Below, piece by piece: positions 26,481 through 38,723 of a stretch of DNA of 64,000 nucleotides; the stretch's first letter is position 1; the number at the start of each line of letters is the position of its first letter. The translations under genes were made by a program, and so were the position numbers. The notes beneath the pieces are model-generated. The model saw only the letters and a list, made by a program, of their open reading frames with translations, was not told the origin of the DNA and searched no databases. Source of the stretch: Octopus sinensis (taxonomy: Eukaryota); the NCBI RefSeq assembly GCF_006345805.1, contig NC_043001.1, forward strand, positions 95,356,001-95,420,000, in the 5' to 3' direction.

Positions 26481-29234
26481 TGTACAAATTGATAAAAACT
26501 GAACAACGATCTGCATGAATATTCTGTATATATTTTTTGATATTTGGAATAGGTTCAAATATTTTAGAAAATTGTTATAGTTGCGAATGAAATCTTAGAG
26601 ATAAATTGTGTAGAACCGATTAGAATTAAAGCTAAAGAAATGAAAACAAGTTAATTTATAGAATACACAAGGAAAGCAATCAACGTAATAAGCATATCAA
26701 TAATAATAAAGTTATATGAAATGTTCATTATTAAATTGAGTTAAATTCAAAGAAAACTAAAATGTTATGCATTATATTGTATATTATCTTTGAAATTAGG
26801 AAACTAACGATTGAACCTACATACAAACAACTGAGTATAGAATAACATATAATGTTTAACAGAAGTAGCAACAAAAGAGCAATCAGGGAATTCATGGAAA
26901 ACTTTCATAAACCTTTCTGTGAATCAGTAAATTCCAATGATTTAAGATGTATAAATGCAGAGAAACGTCAATGGAATAAAGTTATCCACTTCCTTTCTTC
27001 AACATTTGTTATGTTCTAATAATTTGCATAAATTTCCTTTCAATTTAATCGTCACATAGAAGCTGTATACGTTTGTGCTATACTTAAGTACAATGCCGCT
27101 CGTTTTATATGAGCAGAGAAAAGCTTTCAAAACTGCGATGATAATTAATTGGGGACCAAGCTATATTGTCTTTGATTGAATATTTTTGTAAGGGAACATA
27201 AGCTAGTCTAAAGAAACATCAGTAGTATACGTCATTGAATAGATTTATCATATTCGTTGAAGCAGTACTTTTGTGTACCAATCTTCATTTAATTTGTTTC
27301 TAATTTCCTAGTATTAAGGTGCAGAGTAAAAGTACACTGGCGGATAATTGATGAGAACAGTGTATATCTTTCAATATAAACGAAGTCTACTTTTCGAAAC
27401 TGAAGATGCTTATCAGCAGTGGCAAAGATATCAATCTCAGTAAATATAATTTATATGTACACAAGAATTTCTATCTTAGTATTTATCTGTCATTCACAGC
27501 ACACATCAAAATATACATTCTAGGAACAGCAAATAGACACACACACACACGTACACACATACACAAACACACATATGCAAACTGAAGGTGAATCGGAGAA
27601 GGGAATATCTTGAATAAAATCGAAATTAACTGATCTATTTGTATTTTATTTCACCCAAAACCAGCAACATTTCAACCACAACCCTTCGTGACCGTGGCCG
27701 TGCGGTAAGATCTTTGCTTCTGAACCACATTCTTTCACATCCCATCCTTGTGCGTACCGTTTTCGGAAAGTGTCTTCTATATAAAGTCACTGGTCTTTGA
27801 TTGCATTTGGTTCACGGAAATGAAAGTATCCCTTCACACAAAGACTCATACACACACTCACACGCACACACACATACACACACTCGCACACACACACACA
27901 TATATACGTATAAATTGATTGAGTAAACAGAAGATCGATATGGTATAAATTTATTTTGTACGACTGTCGTCACAACCGATCCTGCAGCTCTCATTTATAG
28001 GTGGGATGCTGTGCATCATACGATGTTGCATCAATCTTGCAGTCTGTGTCACATCGGATCAAACACTACGCAATTCCCAAAGTAGATTCAAAGGAAATAT
28101 TCCCCAACTGCAGGTAATACCAGGTAGCCCTAATTGTGCCAGTGTTTTACTCAGCACATCAGCACACTAATTGACAAACAGACACACACATAAATATATG
28201 GAGAGATAGGCTGAAACCAGAGGGTCAATCCATATTCCATATCTTAATATATTTTCACCAATTCAAATTTTAGATTTCAATTCACCTGCAGGCAATATTC
28301 TGCTTTTTCACACGACATAATCCGTTTATTCATGAATGAAAATCGCTTCGGAAACAGATGCAGAGAAATTTATCCTACTTCTATTCTTTCTTTGTTTCTT
28401 GAAGTGTGTGTGTGTACGTGTGTTTTTGTGTGTCTGTGTGTTTGTGAGATGAGATAAATTTTTGTTCATACTTGGGCGTTTATCAGAATATCAGAAACAT
28501 CATATTTTGTTCATAGCAGGTGTTAAAGCGGATGCAATACCTTGTTATATATTGCTTTCACTGAGCAAACATTGTATACGAATTTATGTATTTGTTTCTA
28601 CCTCTGTTTCTGTTTACACAATGAAATATACATAAATATATGTATATGCTAGTGTTTGTGCGTGTGTGTCTATGTGTGTATAGATAAAGATAAATATATG
28701 CATATATATGTATGTACAAAGGTATAAGTATATACGTGTGTGTGTGTGTAAATGTGTATGCATGTATGTTTCTATGTACGTGTGTGTATATCTATGTGTG
28801 TGTGTGTTTCTCTTAGTACTCTAATTTTCTTTGAAGCATTGCAATGTACGTAAATGATGTAAATCTTTGCAAACTCTCTGAGCGATGCAGGTGAGGCTTC
28901 TAGCAAATTTTGCGTACTGGTGTCAATAATTCAAAGCATAAAAGAAATGATATTTTATAACTGTTCAGCTATTGTTTAAAAATCTTATATTTACTGGAAA
29001 CAAAATCTTCACATACCAAATAATAAAAAGAACAGTATCAAAGCCGTCGGAAAAGTAGTTTTTGGCAAACCCTTACTTTTATATTGTACGGGATTTTAAG
29101 TTAATGTATTTTTAGTTTGGCTCATAAAGTTAGGCTGTATCTGTAGCAATATGTAATAGGTTTTAATAACTGATACTATAGTATATACCATGCCATAACA
29201 AGTCACTTAAGTCAGTAAATTTTGGGCTGTTGTA

Positions 29235-30524
29235 TTAGGCTGTTCCGAAAATAGTGGCCGCTCTAAGTATTGTGATTTGAAACGCAATTTTAGCATACTA
29301 TTTTAATTATGTTTCAGGTGAATTTCGACATACTTAATATCTGATGCATACTCTTTAATAATTTTCTACTTATTTCAGACAGAAAGCATCATTGAAGCGT
29401 AGGCGCCCTTAATAATTAAAATGACATAAAAGGACTTTCGCTTACTTTTCTTGCATGAGTTAAGCTTGGGCAGAAAGCCTCCCAAACTGCTGCCAATTTC
29501 AACGGAGCGTGGAGAAAGGCATCCAAAAGTGATCGCACAGTACAAAGGTGGTTTCAGGAATTCCGTAGTAGTAATGAGAAATTTCAAGATGATGAAAATA
29601 GAAGACGGCCATGCAGTCTTGACATTGAAGATTTGAAAGCATTTGTTGAACAAAACCCACGTGGAAATTTCAGAGAAACGTCTCAGTCACTTGGTGTCGG
29701 TAATGTAACGGTCTCATGCTATATACAGAAAACTGGTAAAATGAGAAAGCTTGATAAATGGGAACAGCATGAGCTCAATTAAAATTAAAATTTTCGGCAT
29801 TTTGGAAGTGCGCTCGATGCCCTTCCTTCAAAAGATCAATGATCCTTTTCTTCGCTGTATAATCACTTGTGACGAAAAGTGGATCCGTTATGATTAGCGT
29901 AAACGCTCAGGTCAATGATTTGATCGTGATGCGCCCCCCAAAACATTTTCCAAAGCCGATGTTGCATCAGTAAAATTACGATGACTCTCTGGTGATCTGT
30001 AATTACTGTTGTCCATTACAGCTTTCTGGAAGCCAATCAGAGCATTTCAGCAGAGGTTTTCTGCAATCAACCCGATGAAATTCAGTGTCACCTGCCAAAT
30101 ATGAAACCTGCATTTGGGGAATTAGCGTGACCCAATACTGCTCCACGATAATGCAAAGAATGCAAAGCTACATGTTGCAAGAATGACGCTACAGAAACTC
30201 ACAGACTTGTGATACGAGATTTTACATCATCCTCCATATTCTCCTAAACTTTCACCCATGGACTACCATTTTTTTAAGCATTTAAGCACATTTTAAATGA
30301 TGAAACTTGCAGGTCCAAACTAGAGGTGGAATCCACTTTCAATGGTTTCTTATCAAAGCAAACAAGTTTACTTTACCAACGAGCCATAAATAATCTCGTT
30401 GATAGATGGCAGAGATGCAGAGATATTCACGGTTCATACTTTGATTAATCACAACATTTCTATTGTTAATTTTTCCAGAATAAAATTACTTCTGAAATTC
30501 GCCATAATTTTCGGAACAACTTAA
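29235..30524 (+). mobile_element. Full-length (~1290 bp) defective mariner, D34D transposase
   Basis: TA-flanked TIRs TTAGGCTGTTCCGAAAATAGTGGC / GCCATAATTTTCGGAACAACTTAA. Motifs WEQHEL (WVPHEL), TCDEKW, HDNA and HPPYSPKLSPMDY. Spacing is 34 residues after removing a 9-nt duplication. Stops and frameshifts present. Confidence 0.92.
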
Positions 30525-31230
30525 TAGTTCATAGAGAAACATTTAAAACTTAATGTAAACTTAGTTATTTGATAACTTATTTCGTCAAATTTCAAATTTA
30601 CTTAGGTAAGTTTGCCGGAAAATTTATGTTTCAGGCGGCTTTGATCCTGTTCTCTATATTATTTGGTATAAAAAGATTTTGTTTCCACTAAATATATATC
30701 TTTTTAACAATATGTTAGGTTATACGAGATTTTGAGATTTTGGCGTTCATTAAAAAAATTTTGTAAAGTAACTGTATCTAGCATTTTATGGAAGCAAGCT
30801 GAAAAATACCCTATGTAATAGATTATTATTAATTTTCTGGAATCGTTAGTTCATGTGACTTCCCAATATCGTCAGTTCTCAAGTGGTGATCTAGCAGAAT
30901 CGTTACAACAAGGTTATAAGCGCTTCGCGCAGTTCACCAGTTTTATGCCCTGAATACAAATTCCCTTAAGTTCGTCTTTGCCTTTAATACTTTCAAGAAC
31001 GATAAAATAAGCACCTGTTCAGCATCGGTGTCGATGAAATCGACTTATCTACTACTCCGAAAGGTTGGCCTTTATCGCAACTTTGAAACCAATAACATTT
31101 TTTCTGAGAATTCACTTTCATCAGTATAAAGTTATAGAATGAAAGAGTATTTCAACGGAGGGGTTAAAAATTAGCAATAACTCTGGACGAATTCGTCATT
31201 TCGGAATGTTGAAGCTAAAAAAGTGCGCAC

Positions 31231-34200
31231 CATTTTCCTCGAAACATTTGAAAAGTTTTTCCAAAATTTTCTTCAAAATTTTTTTAAAGTTTTCTAAAAT
31301 TTGCATCAAAATCTTTAAAACGTTTTTATCAAAATTTTCATCAAAATATTTCAAAAGATTTTACAAAATTTTCATTAAACGTTTTGAAAAGTTTTTCCAT
31401 AATTTTCTTCAAAAGCTTTGAAAGCTTTTTCCAAAATTTTCACCAAAAGTTTTGAAAAATTTTTCAAAATTTTCATCAAAACCTTTGAAAAGTTTTTCTG
31501 CAAAATTTTTGAAAACATTTTCAAAATTTTCAACAAAATCTTTGAAAAGTTTTTCCCCAATTTTCATCAAAATTTCTGAAAACTACATCAAAATTTTGAT
31601 CAAAACATCTGAAAAGTTTTAGAAAATTTTCATCAAAACCTTTAAAAATATTTCTAAAATTTTCATCAAAATATTTAAAGAGATTTTTCAGAATTTACAC
31701 ATACATTTTCGAAAAGTTTTTCAAAATTTCCATCAAATTCTTTGAAAACTTTTTCAAAATTTTGAATAAAATCTTTGAAAAGATTTCCCCAAATTTTCTT
31801 TAAAATCTTTGAAAAGTTTTTTTCAAAATTTTCTTCAAAAGCTTTGAATAGTTTTTCCAAAATTTTCATCAAAATTTTGAAAAGTTTAAAAAAATTTTCA
31901 TCAGAGTTCTTGAAAATTTTTTTTAAATATTCATCAAAATCTTTGAAAAGTTTTTCAGAATTTTAATCAAAATCTTTGAAAAGTTTTTCAGAATTTTAAT
32001 CAAAATCTTTGAAAACTATTTCAAAATTTTCATCAAAATGTTTGAAAACTTTTTCAAAATTTTAATCAAAATCTTTGAAAAGGTTTTCCAAAATTTTCAC
32101 CAAAATTTTTGAAAAGGTTTTCAAAATATTCATCAAACATTTTGAAAACATTTTACACAACAGCCTTAAAAAGATTTTCAAAAATTTTCACCGAAATTTT
32201 TCAAAAGTTTCTCAAAATTCTCATCAAAGTCTTTGAAATGTTTTTTAAAATTTTCATTAAAATATTTCAAGTGTTTCTCCAAAATTTTCATTAAAATCTA
32301 TGAAAAGTTTTTCAAAATATTCATCAAAATCTTTGAAAAAATTTTTTAAATTTTCGTTAAAATCTTTGAAAACTTTTTCAAAATTCTCATGAAAATCTTG
32401 GAAATGTATTTCCAAAATTTTCAACAAAATTTTTGAAAACTTTTTCAAAATTATCATCAAAATCTTTTAATTGTTTTTCCAAAATTTTCACCAAAATTTT
32501 TGAATAGTTTTAAAAATTATTTATCAAAATTTTGAAAAGATTTAGAAAATTGTTTTTAAAATCTTTGAAATCATTTTCAAAACATTCATGTAAATGTTGG
32601 AAATGTTTTTTCAAAATTTTAACCAAAATGTTTGAAAAGATTTTCAAAATTTTCATCCAAATCTTTGAAACCTTTTTCAAATTTTCATGAAAATTTTTGA
32701 AAACTATTTCAAAATTTTGATCAAAATCTTTCAAAAGATTTTCCAAAATTTTCACCAAAGTTTTTAAAATGGTTTCAAAATTTTCCTCAAGTTTTTGAAA
32801 AGTTTTTAAAAATCTTATACAAATTTTGATCAAAACATTTCCGAAATTTTCATTAGAATCTATGAAAAGGATTTTTAAAATTTTCATCAAAACCTTTGAA
32901 ATGTCTTTCCAAAATTTTCACCCAAATATTTGAAGATTTTCAAAATTTTAATCAACACCTTTGAAAACTTTTTCAATATTTTCATCAAAATATTTTAAAA
33001 CATTTTCGATATTTTCAACAATATTTTGTTGAAAATTTCGAAAATGTTTTAAAATATTTTGGAAAGATTTTCAAAATTTTCATCAAAATCTTTGAAATGC
33101 TTTTTCCAATATTTTGAACAAAATTTTGAAAAGTTTTTCAAGGTTATCATCAAAATCTTTGAAAGGATTTGTAAAATTTTCGTCAAAATCTTTGAAAACT
33201 TTTCCAAAATTTTCATTGAAATCTTTGAAAATATTTAAAAAATTATCGTCAATATCTTTGAAAATTTTTTCAAAATTTTCATCAAAATCTTTGTAAAATT
33301 TTTCAAAATTTTCGACAAAATTTTTGAAGAATTTTCAAAATTTTCATCAAAATGTTTGAAAGGTTTTCCAGAGTTTTCACCAAAATTTTTGAAATGTTTT
33401 TCAACATTTTCATCAAAATCTGAGGAAAATTTTTCGAAAATTTTCCCGAAAATGTTTGCAAACTTTTTCCAAATTTATTATCAAAACCTTTGAAATGTTT
33501 TTCCAGAATTTTCAACAAACTTTTTGAAAATTATTAAAATCGCTGAAAAGATTTGTATAATTTTCATCAAAATCTTTGAAAAGTTTTTCAAAATTTTAAT
33601 CAACATCTTTCAAAACTTTTTCAAAATTTTCATCAAAATATTTTAAAATTTTTTCGAAATATTCAACATTGTTGAAATAGTTTTTCCAAAATTTTCAACA
33701 GAATTTTTTAATCGTCTTTTCGAATTTACATCAGAATATTTAAAAAATGTTTACAAACTTTTACACAAAATCTTAGAAAAGTGTTTCCTGAATTTTCAAC
33801 AAAATTTTTGAAAATTTTTCGAAAATTTTCATCGAATAATTTCAAATTTCTTTCCAAAATTTTCATTAAAATTTTAGAAAAAGATTTTAAAAATTTTCGT
33901 CAACATCTTTGAAGACTTTTTTAAAAAATTCATCAAAATCTTCGGAAAATTTTTCAAAATTTTCACCAAAATTTTTGAAAAGCTTTTCAAAATTTTTATC
34001 AAAATATTTGAAAAGATTTTTAAAATTTTTACCCCAATTATTGGAAAATTTTGAAAAGATTTTGGCGAAAACTCTTGCAACCTTTTTTTAAATTTTCATC
34101 AAATCCTTTGAAATGTTTTTCCAGAATTTTCACCAAAGATTTGGAAGAGGTTTTCAAAATTTTCATTAAAATCTTCGAAAAGATTTTAAAAATTTTCATC

Positions 34201-35171
34201 AAAATCTTTGAAAAGTTTTCAAAATTTTCATCAACATTTTCAAAATCTTCATCAAAACATTGAAAAGATTTGTAAAATTTTCGTCAAAATCTTTGAAAAC
34301 TTTCAAAATTTTTCGAAAATTTTCACCAAAATTTTTCAAAATTTTTCCAAATTTTCATCAAATTATTACAAAACTTTTTCCATAATTTTCATTAAAATCT
34401 TTGAAAAAATTTTTTTAATTTTCGTCAAAATCTTTGAAACCTTTTTCAAAATTTTCATCAAAATCTTTGGAAAATTTTGAAAAATTTTCGCCAAAATTTT
34501 TGAAGAATTTTCAAAATCTTCATCAAAAGGTTTTCCAGAATTTTAACCAAACTTTTTGAAAAGGTTTTCAAAATTTTCATTAAGATCTCTGAAAAGATTT
34601 TTAAAATTTTCATCAAAATCTTTGAAAAGTTTTTCAAAATTTTGGTCAACATTTTTGAAAACTTTTTCAAAATTTTAATCAAAATATTTAAAATTTTTTT
34701 AGAAATGTTCAAAAAAATTTTCATTAATATCTTTGAAAAAATTTTCCAAAATTTTCATCAAAATATCTGAATAGTTTTTGAAAATTTTCATAAAAATCTT
34801 TGAAAAGTTTTTTCAAAATTTTTACCAAAATTTTTGAAAAGTTTTTCAAATTTTTCCTTAAATCCTTTGAAAAATTTTTAGAAAATTATCATCAAAATCG
34901 TTGTAAGCTTTTACAACAAAATCTTTGAAAACTTTTTCAAAATTTTCACCAATATCATTGAAATGTTTTTCAAAATTTTGATCTAAATCATTGAAAGGTT
35001 TTTCAAAAATTTACACCAAATTTTCGAAACGTTTTTCAAAATTTCACCAAAATCTTTGAAAAGGTTTTTAGAAATTTTATTCAATATATTTCAAAAGTAT
35101 TTCCAAAATTTCTGAAAAGTTTTTCAAAATTTTAATGAAAACATTTGAAAAGTTTTTGGAAATTATCATCA
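31231..35171. repeat. ~3.9 kb degenerate AT-rich minisatellite, ~33 bp unit made of three ~11 bp A4-N-T4 subunits
   Basis: By-eye consensus AAAATTTTCATCAAAATCTTTGAAAAGTTTTTC, recurring throughout; roughly 120 units (length/33 estimate). Confidence 0.9.
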
Positions 35172-35314
35172 CTCTGTTTTCTCTTTTCTGCTCAATCCCT
35201 TTGTGGAATATTGCAGGCTCGCAGTATCAAAGAATTTTCGATGCTGCCCGAACGTTAAACTACACATTCCGTGTGTTGTTCCTTCAACTATCTTCATTTA
35301 TTGAATTATATTTA

Positions 35315-35667
35315 TTTACTCCTTTTAAAGATTTGTCAGCGGCCATACTGGAGCCACGCCATCAGTCGAACAAATGGACAGCCGGACTTATTCTATCTTT
35401 CCTATTTGCCGAACCGCAGCATTGCTTGTCAAGGGATATTGGGAGACAAACAGAGACACACACACATATACACACATATATACGCGCATATATATGTATT
35501 TATACGACGGTCTTCTTTCAGTTTCCCTCTACCAAATCCACTCACCAGGCTTTGGTCGACCGGAGGTTATAGTAGAAGACACTTGCCCAAGATGCCACAC
35601 AGTGGGACTGAAACCGGAACCATGTGCGTAGTAAGTAAGCTACTTACCACACAGCCACTCCGGCGCC
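35315..35667 (-). mobile_element. SINE family B, full copy with short internal microsatellite
   Basis: Reverse complement of 18283-18727 (CTACTTACCACACAGCCACTCC head; GGCCATACTGGAGC tail). Confidence 0.8.
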
Positions 35668-35687
35668 TAGATATAATTGTATATATG

Positions 35688-35720
<33 letters not shown>

Positions 35721-35783
35721 GTGTTGTGTGTGTGTGTGTATGCATATGTATGTGTGCACATGTTTATATATATGTATATATGA

Positions 35784-35826
<43 letters not shown>

Positions 35827-35847
35827 ATATATTATATATATATATAT

Positions 35848-35878
<31 letters not shown>

Positions 35879-36715
35879 CAGAGAGAGAGAGAGAGACAGA
35901 GGAAGAGAAGACCTTTTAGTGAAATAGAGAGACACCAGTAGAAAGAGAGATGGGAAAATTCAGTAATAACACTCAAAATTATAGTATTTTCTTTGTTTAA
36001 ATGAAAACCTACTTCTGTTTTTCCTTTATGTTTGAAAAGAAGACGACAAAAATATACCGTTATAATGAAAATATTTAATTATATATGTGAAATATCTTAC
36101 AAAAAATGAGAAAATTTTGACATCTAGCAAACCAAGTCGCCAGCACCAACTAAGTAAGTTATCCAACTAATATCTCTGCGTCCTTATATGAAGACCCACA
36201 ATATTCAGAACACAAATCCGATATTGGAAGAGACTTCAAAATCATGTCTTAGACATTAGTAAACTTCTTTTAGGGAAATGTAATTAAAGGTAGATATGAA
36301 GGTGAGTTGGAGGTATGTGCAGCACGATGCTACATTCCTTATATGTTGGTATTCTCCCTACTTATGGCATATGACACCTTTGCATCCCACCAGATCAGAA
36401 ACCACTAACCTAACCTGTCCTTCAAGGCTTTCTCATATACGAAGTTCACATATCTTCTTAGAGGAGAGAAGAGGATGAGTCGGTTTGGGTAACCATTATT
36501 TGGGAGTTTTTTATATGGAGTGGAATTTTAAATTCTACCTCAACGTCATTGAGTTGCCTTTCACGACGCTCAGGGTAAACGTTGACTCTTCTTTTACGAA
36601 ATACTGTCTCCAGGGAGCCTAGACCAAGGACTATATTCTATATCATATTATTGGTTTTAAACACAGTACGTGTTCATCGAATGCATACGTCCAGTAATAG
36701 CATATATATATATAT

Positions 36716-36910
36716 ATATGTTGAAACGTTAATCCCTACGTATTATTGCTCTCTGGTTGATTTTCGTTCTCTCTCCATTTTCACTTCTCAAAAGTTTCTG
36801 ATGAAAAACGTAGGCTCGATAAATTAAAATATTTTCCGTTCTTCCCGAGCGTCAAACCAATGCTCGGGAAGAGCATTATTATCCCCTCACTTGTTTTCGT
36901 TTTCTTTTCT
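36716..36910 (+). mobile_element. Penelope-type element family 2 with degenerate hammerhead core (36794-36830)
   Basis: GTTT CTGATGA AAAACGTAGGCTCGAT...TTCCCGAGCGTCAAAC matches the 14221-14365 element; CUGAUGA is intact but stem II and GAAAC are mutated. Confidence 0.6.
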
Positions 36911-38723
36911 TTAGATTTGTATATGTATAGATATATTTTTGTCTGTGTGTGTATGTGCCTGTGTGTGTATCTTTTCTTGTGTGTGGGTGTGTTTTGTTTT
37001 CTTGTGTGTGTGTGTGTGTGTGCGTGTTTATTAGTTCTGGCTTTTGAGATTCATTATCAGTGTGCATAGGACATGAATTCAAAATGAATACTTAAAATGC
37101 ATTGTGTTACATTATTACAGCACTACTTACACTGCTCTCGAATTTCAAAACAATCTCTAAAACTGCATATTTTACGCTTCATTAATGAGTGTATCTTATT
37201 GATTGTTTGAAATTTCCATGTAATATACATTGATTTCGATTATATATTTACATATATTAACTATAGGATAAATGTAGAAGAAGTTTAACTTGGTGAATAA
37301 TTTTGCATTTTTTGCGAGAAAAGAACATGCGTTGGATAACTACTAAGTACCACATGTATTGGTGATTTATTGAAATTCATCACTCATCCTTTCTTTCCTT
37401 TCATCAAATGTAAAATCATAAACCTGTGAAAATATTCATGACATGTAAAGTTATCGGAGAAATCTTTAAAGAAGCTCAGATATGCAATACAAACCAAAGC
37501 AAATATATTTCTTCAATTTCTCATTCATTTTGTGATAATATGATGCACAACAGCAAGTCTTATTGGAGCAGAACCATCAATTCGAAGAGAGCATCTGAGT
37601 ATATTCGATAACGTATTTGATTTTTGTATGTTACCATCACACATTAAATTCTATCACACCGCCTTACGGCTTATAAATATAGAACATTATTTGGTCATGT
37701 TATCTTAAATTCTTTAGGATTTTACAAAGGGAATGTTGTGTTTGAAGTATCACTATTACGTCAACAAACATGTCTTCAAATATTTAATGACGTTGGTTCG
37801 TGTTACTTGTTTCGTGTAAGGTGAAACTTGTGAGAAAATCGCCTTTATTATTTAGGCTAAGCTCAGCCATGAGTCCTTCCAAATATTGTTATCCTGTTTT
37901 TCTCAGTTTCTGTTTTGAACAACAGAAATTTATATTTATATCGGATATGATCACTTCTTTAGGCAGCAGGATATGATTGGAGATTCAATGTAAACACTCA
38001 CATGTGTAACTGGGGCTGTCTTAAGGCATGCATTCACTGAACATTTGTTCGGGGGTGTCACACGCCTGGGGTCTTAGTCATGTTCTATAAATGCTGTATT
38101 GCTCTCAAGCATATACTTTAAGCGCTAGTGTATTTATTCCACTCTCAGCCTATAATGTGATAGGATGACTCAATCTGCTATACTTAAACATTCATTGAAA
38201 ACGTTATACTTAATATAACCGTTGCTTCTCATCAAGATTTTACATTGCATTGTAACAACGATACATTGTTAAAGAATAAAACAATGCAGTATTCCCTATG
38301 TATATAATTATCAGATTCATACAATAATCTGTTGTTATCATGCCACTGGATGACACAAACTATTTGTATATTTTCTATTCTTCCTTAGATCTTGATTTCT
38401 ACAAGATCAGTAAATTCTCAACTAATTTCTTTTTGGCTATTGCTTGTGTTACTATAAGGATATAACGAGATTTGAGTTCAATAATTAGGTAGTATTTTTC
38501 GTTCGAGAAGGAAATTTTTCAAGGCTTTTATGAGATACCTCCGACCAATCAACTTGAAATATAATGAAATGTTTGAGAACTACGACACAATACTAGGACG
38601 TGGTAAAAATATCCTGACGTTAAAAGTATCGGAAAAGGCCTGGTTAGAGGCCCAAATTTCCGAGTTATTATACAGAGCTTTAGAAGTCTGAAGGACTGCT
38701 GCATACATTTTGTGAATCGGAAA

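Noticed and set aside
31160-31170. piggyBac-type end (GGGTTAA) bounding the A-tract array
   Set aside because: No matching TTAACCC-type end or TIR was found at the other side of the array.
31206-35572. K/F/I/S-rich ORFs on both strands as a repeat protein
   Set aside because: They are by-products of a 33 bp unit; the frames are short, broken and present on both strands.
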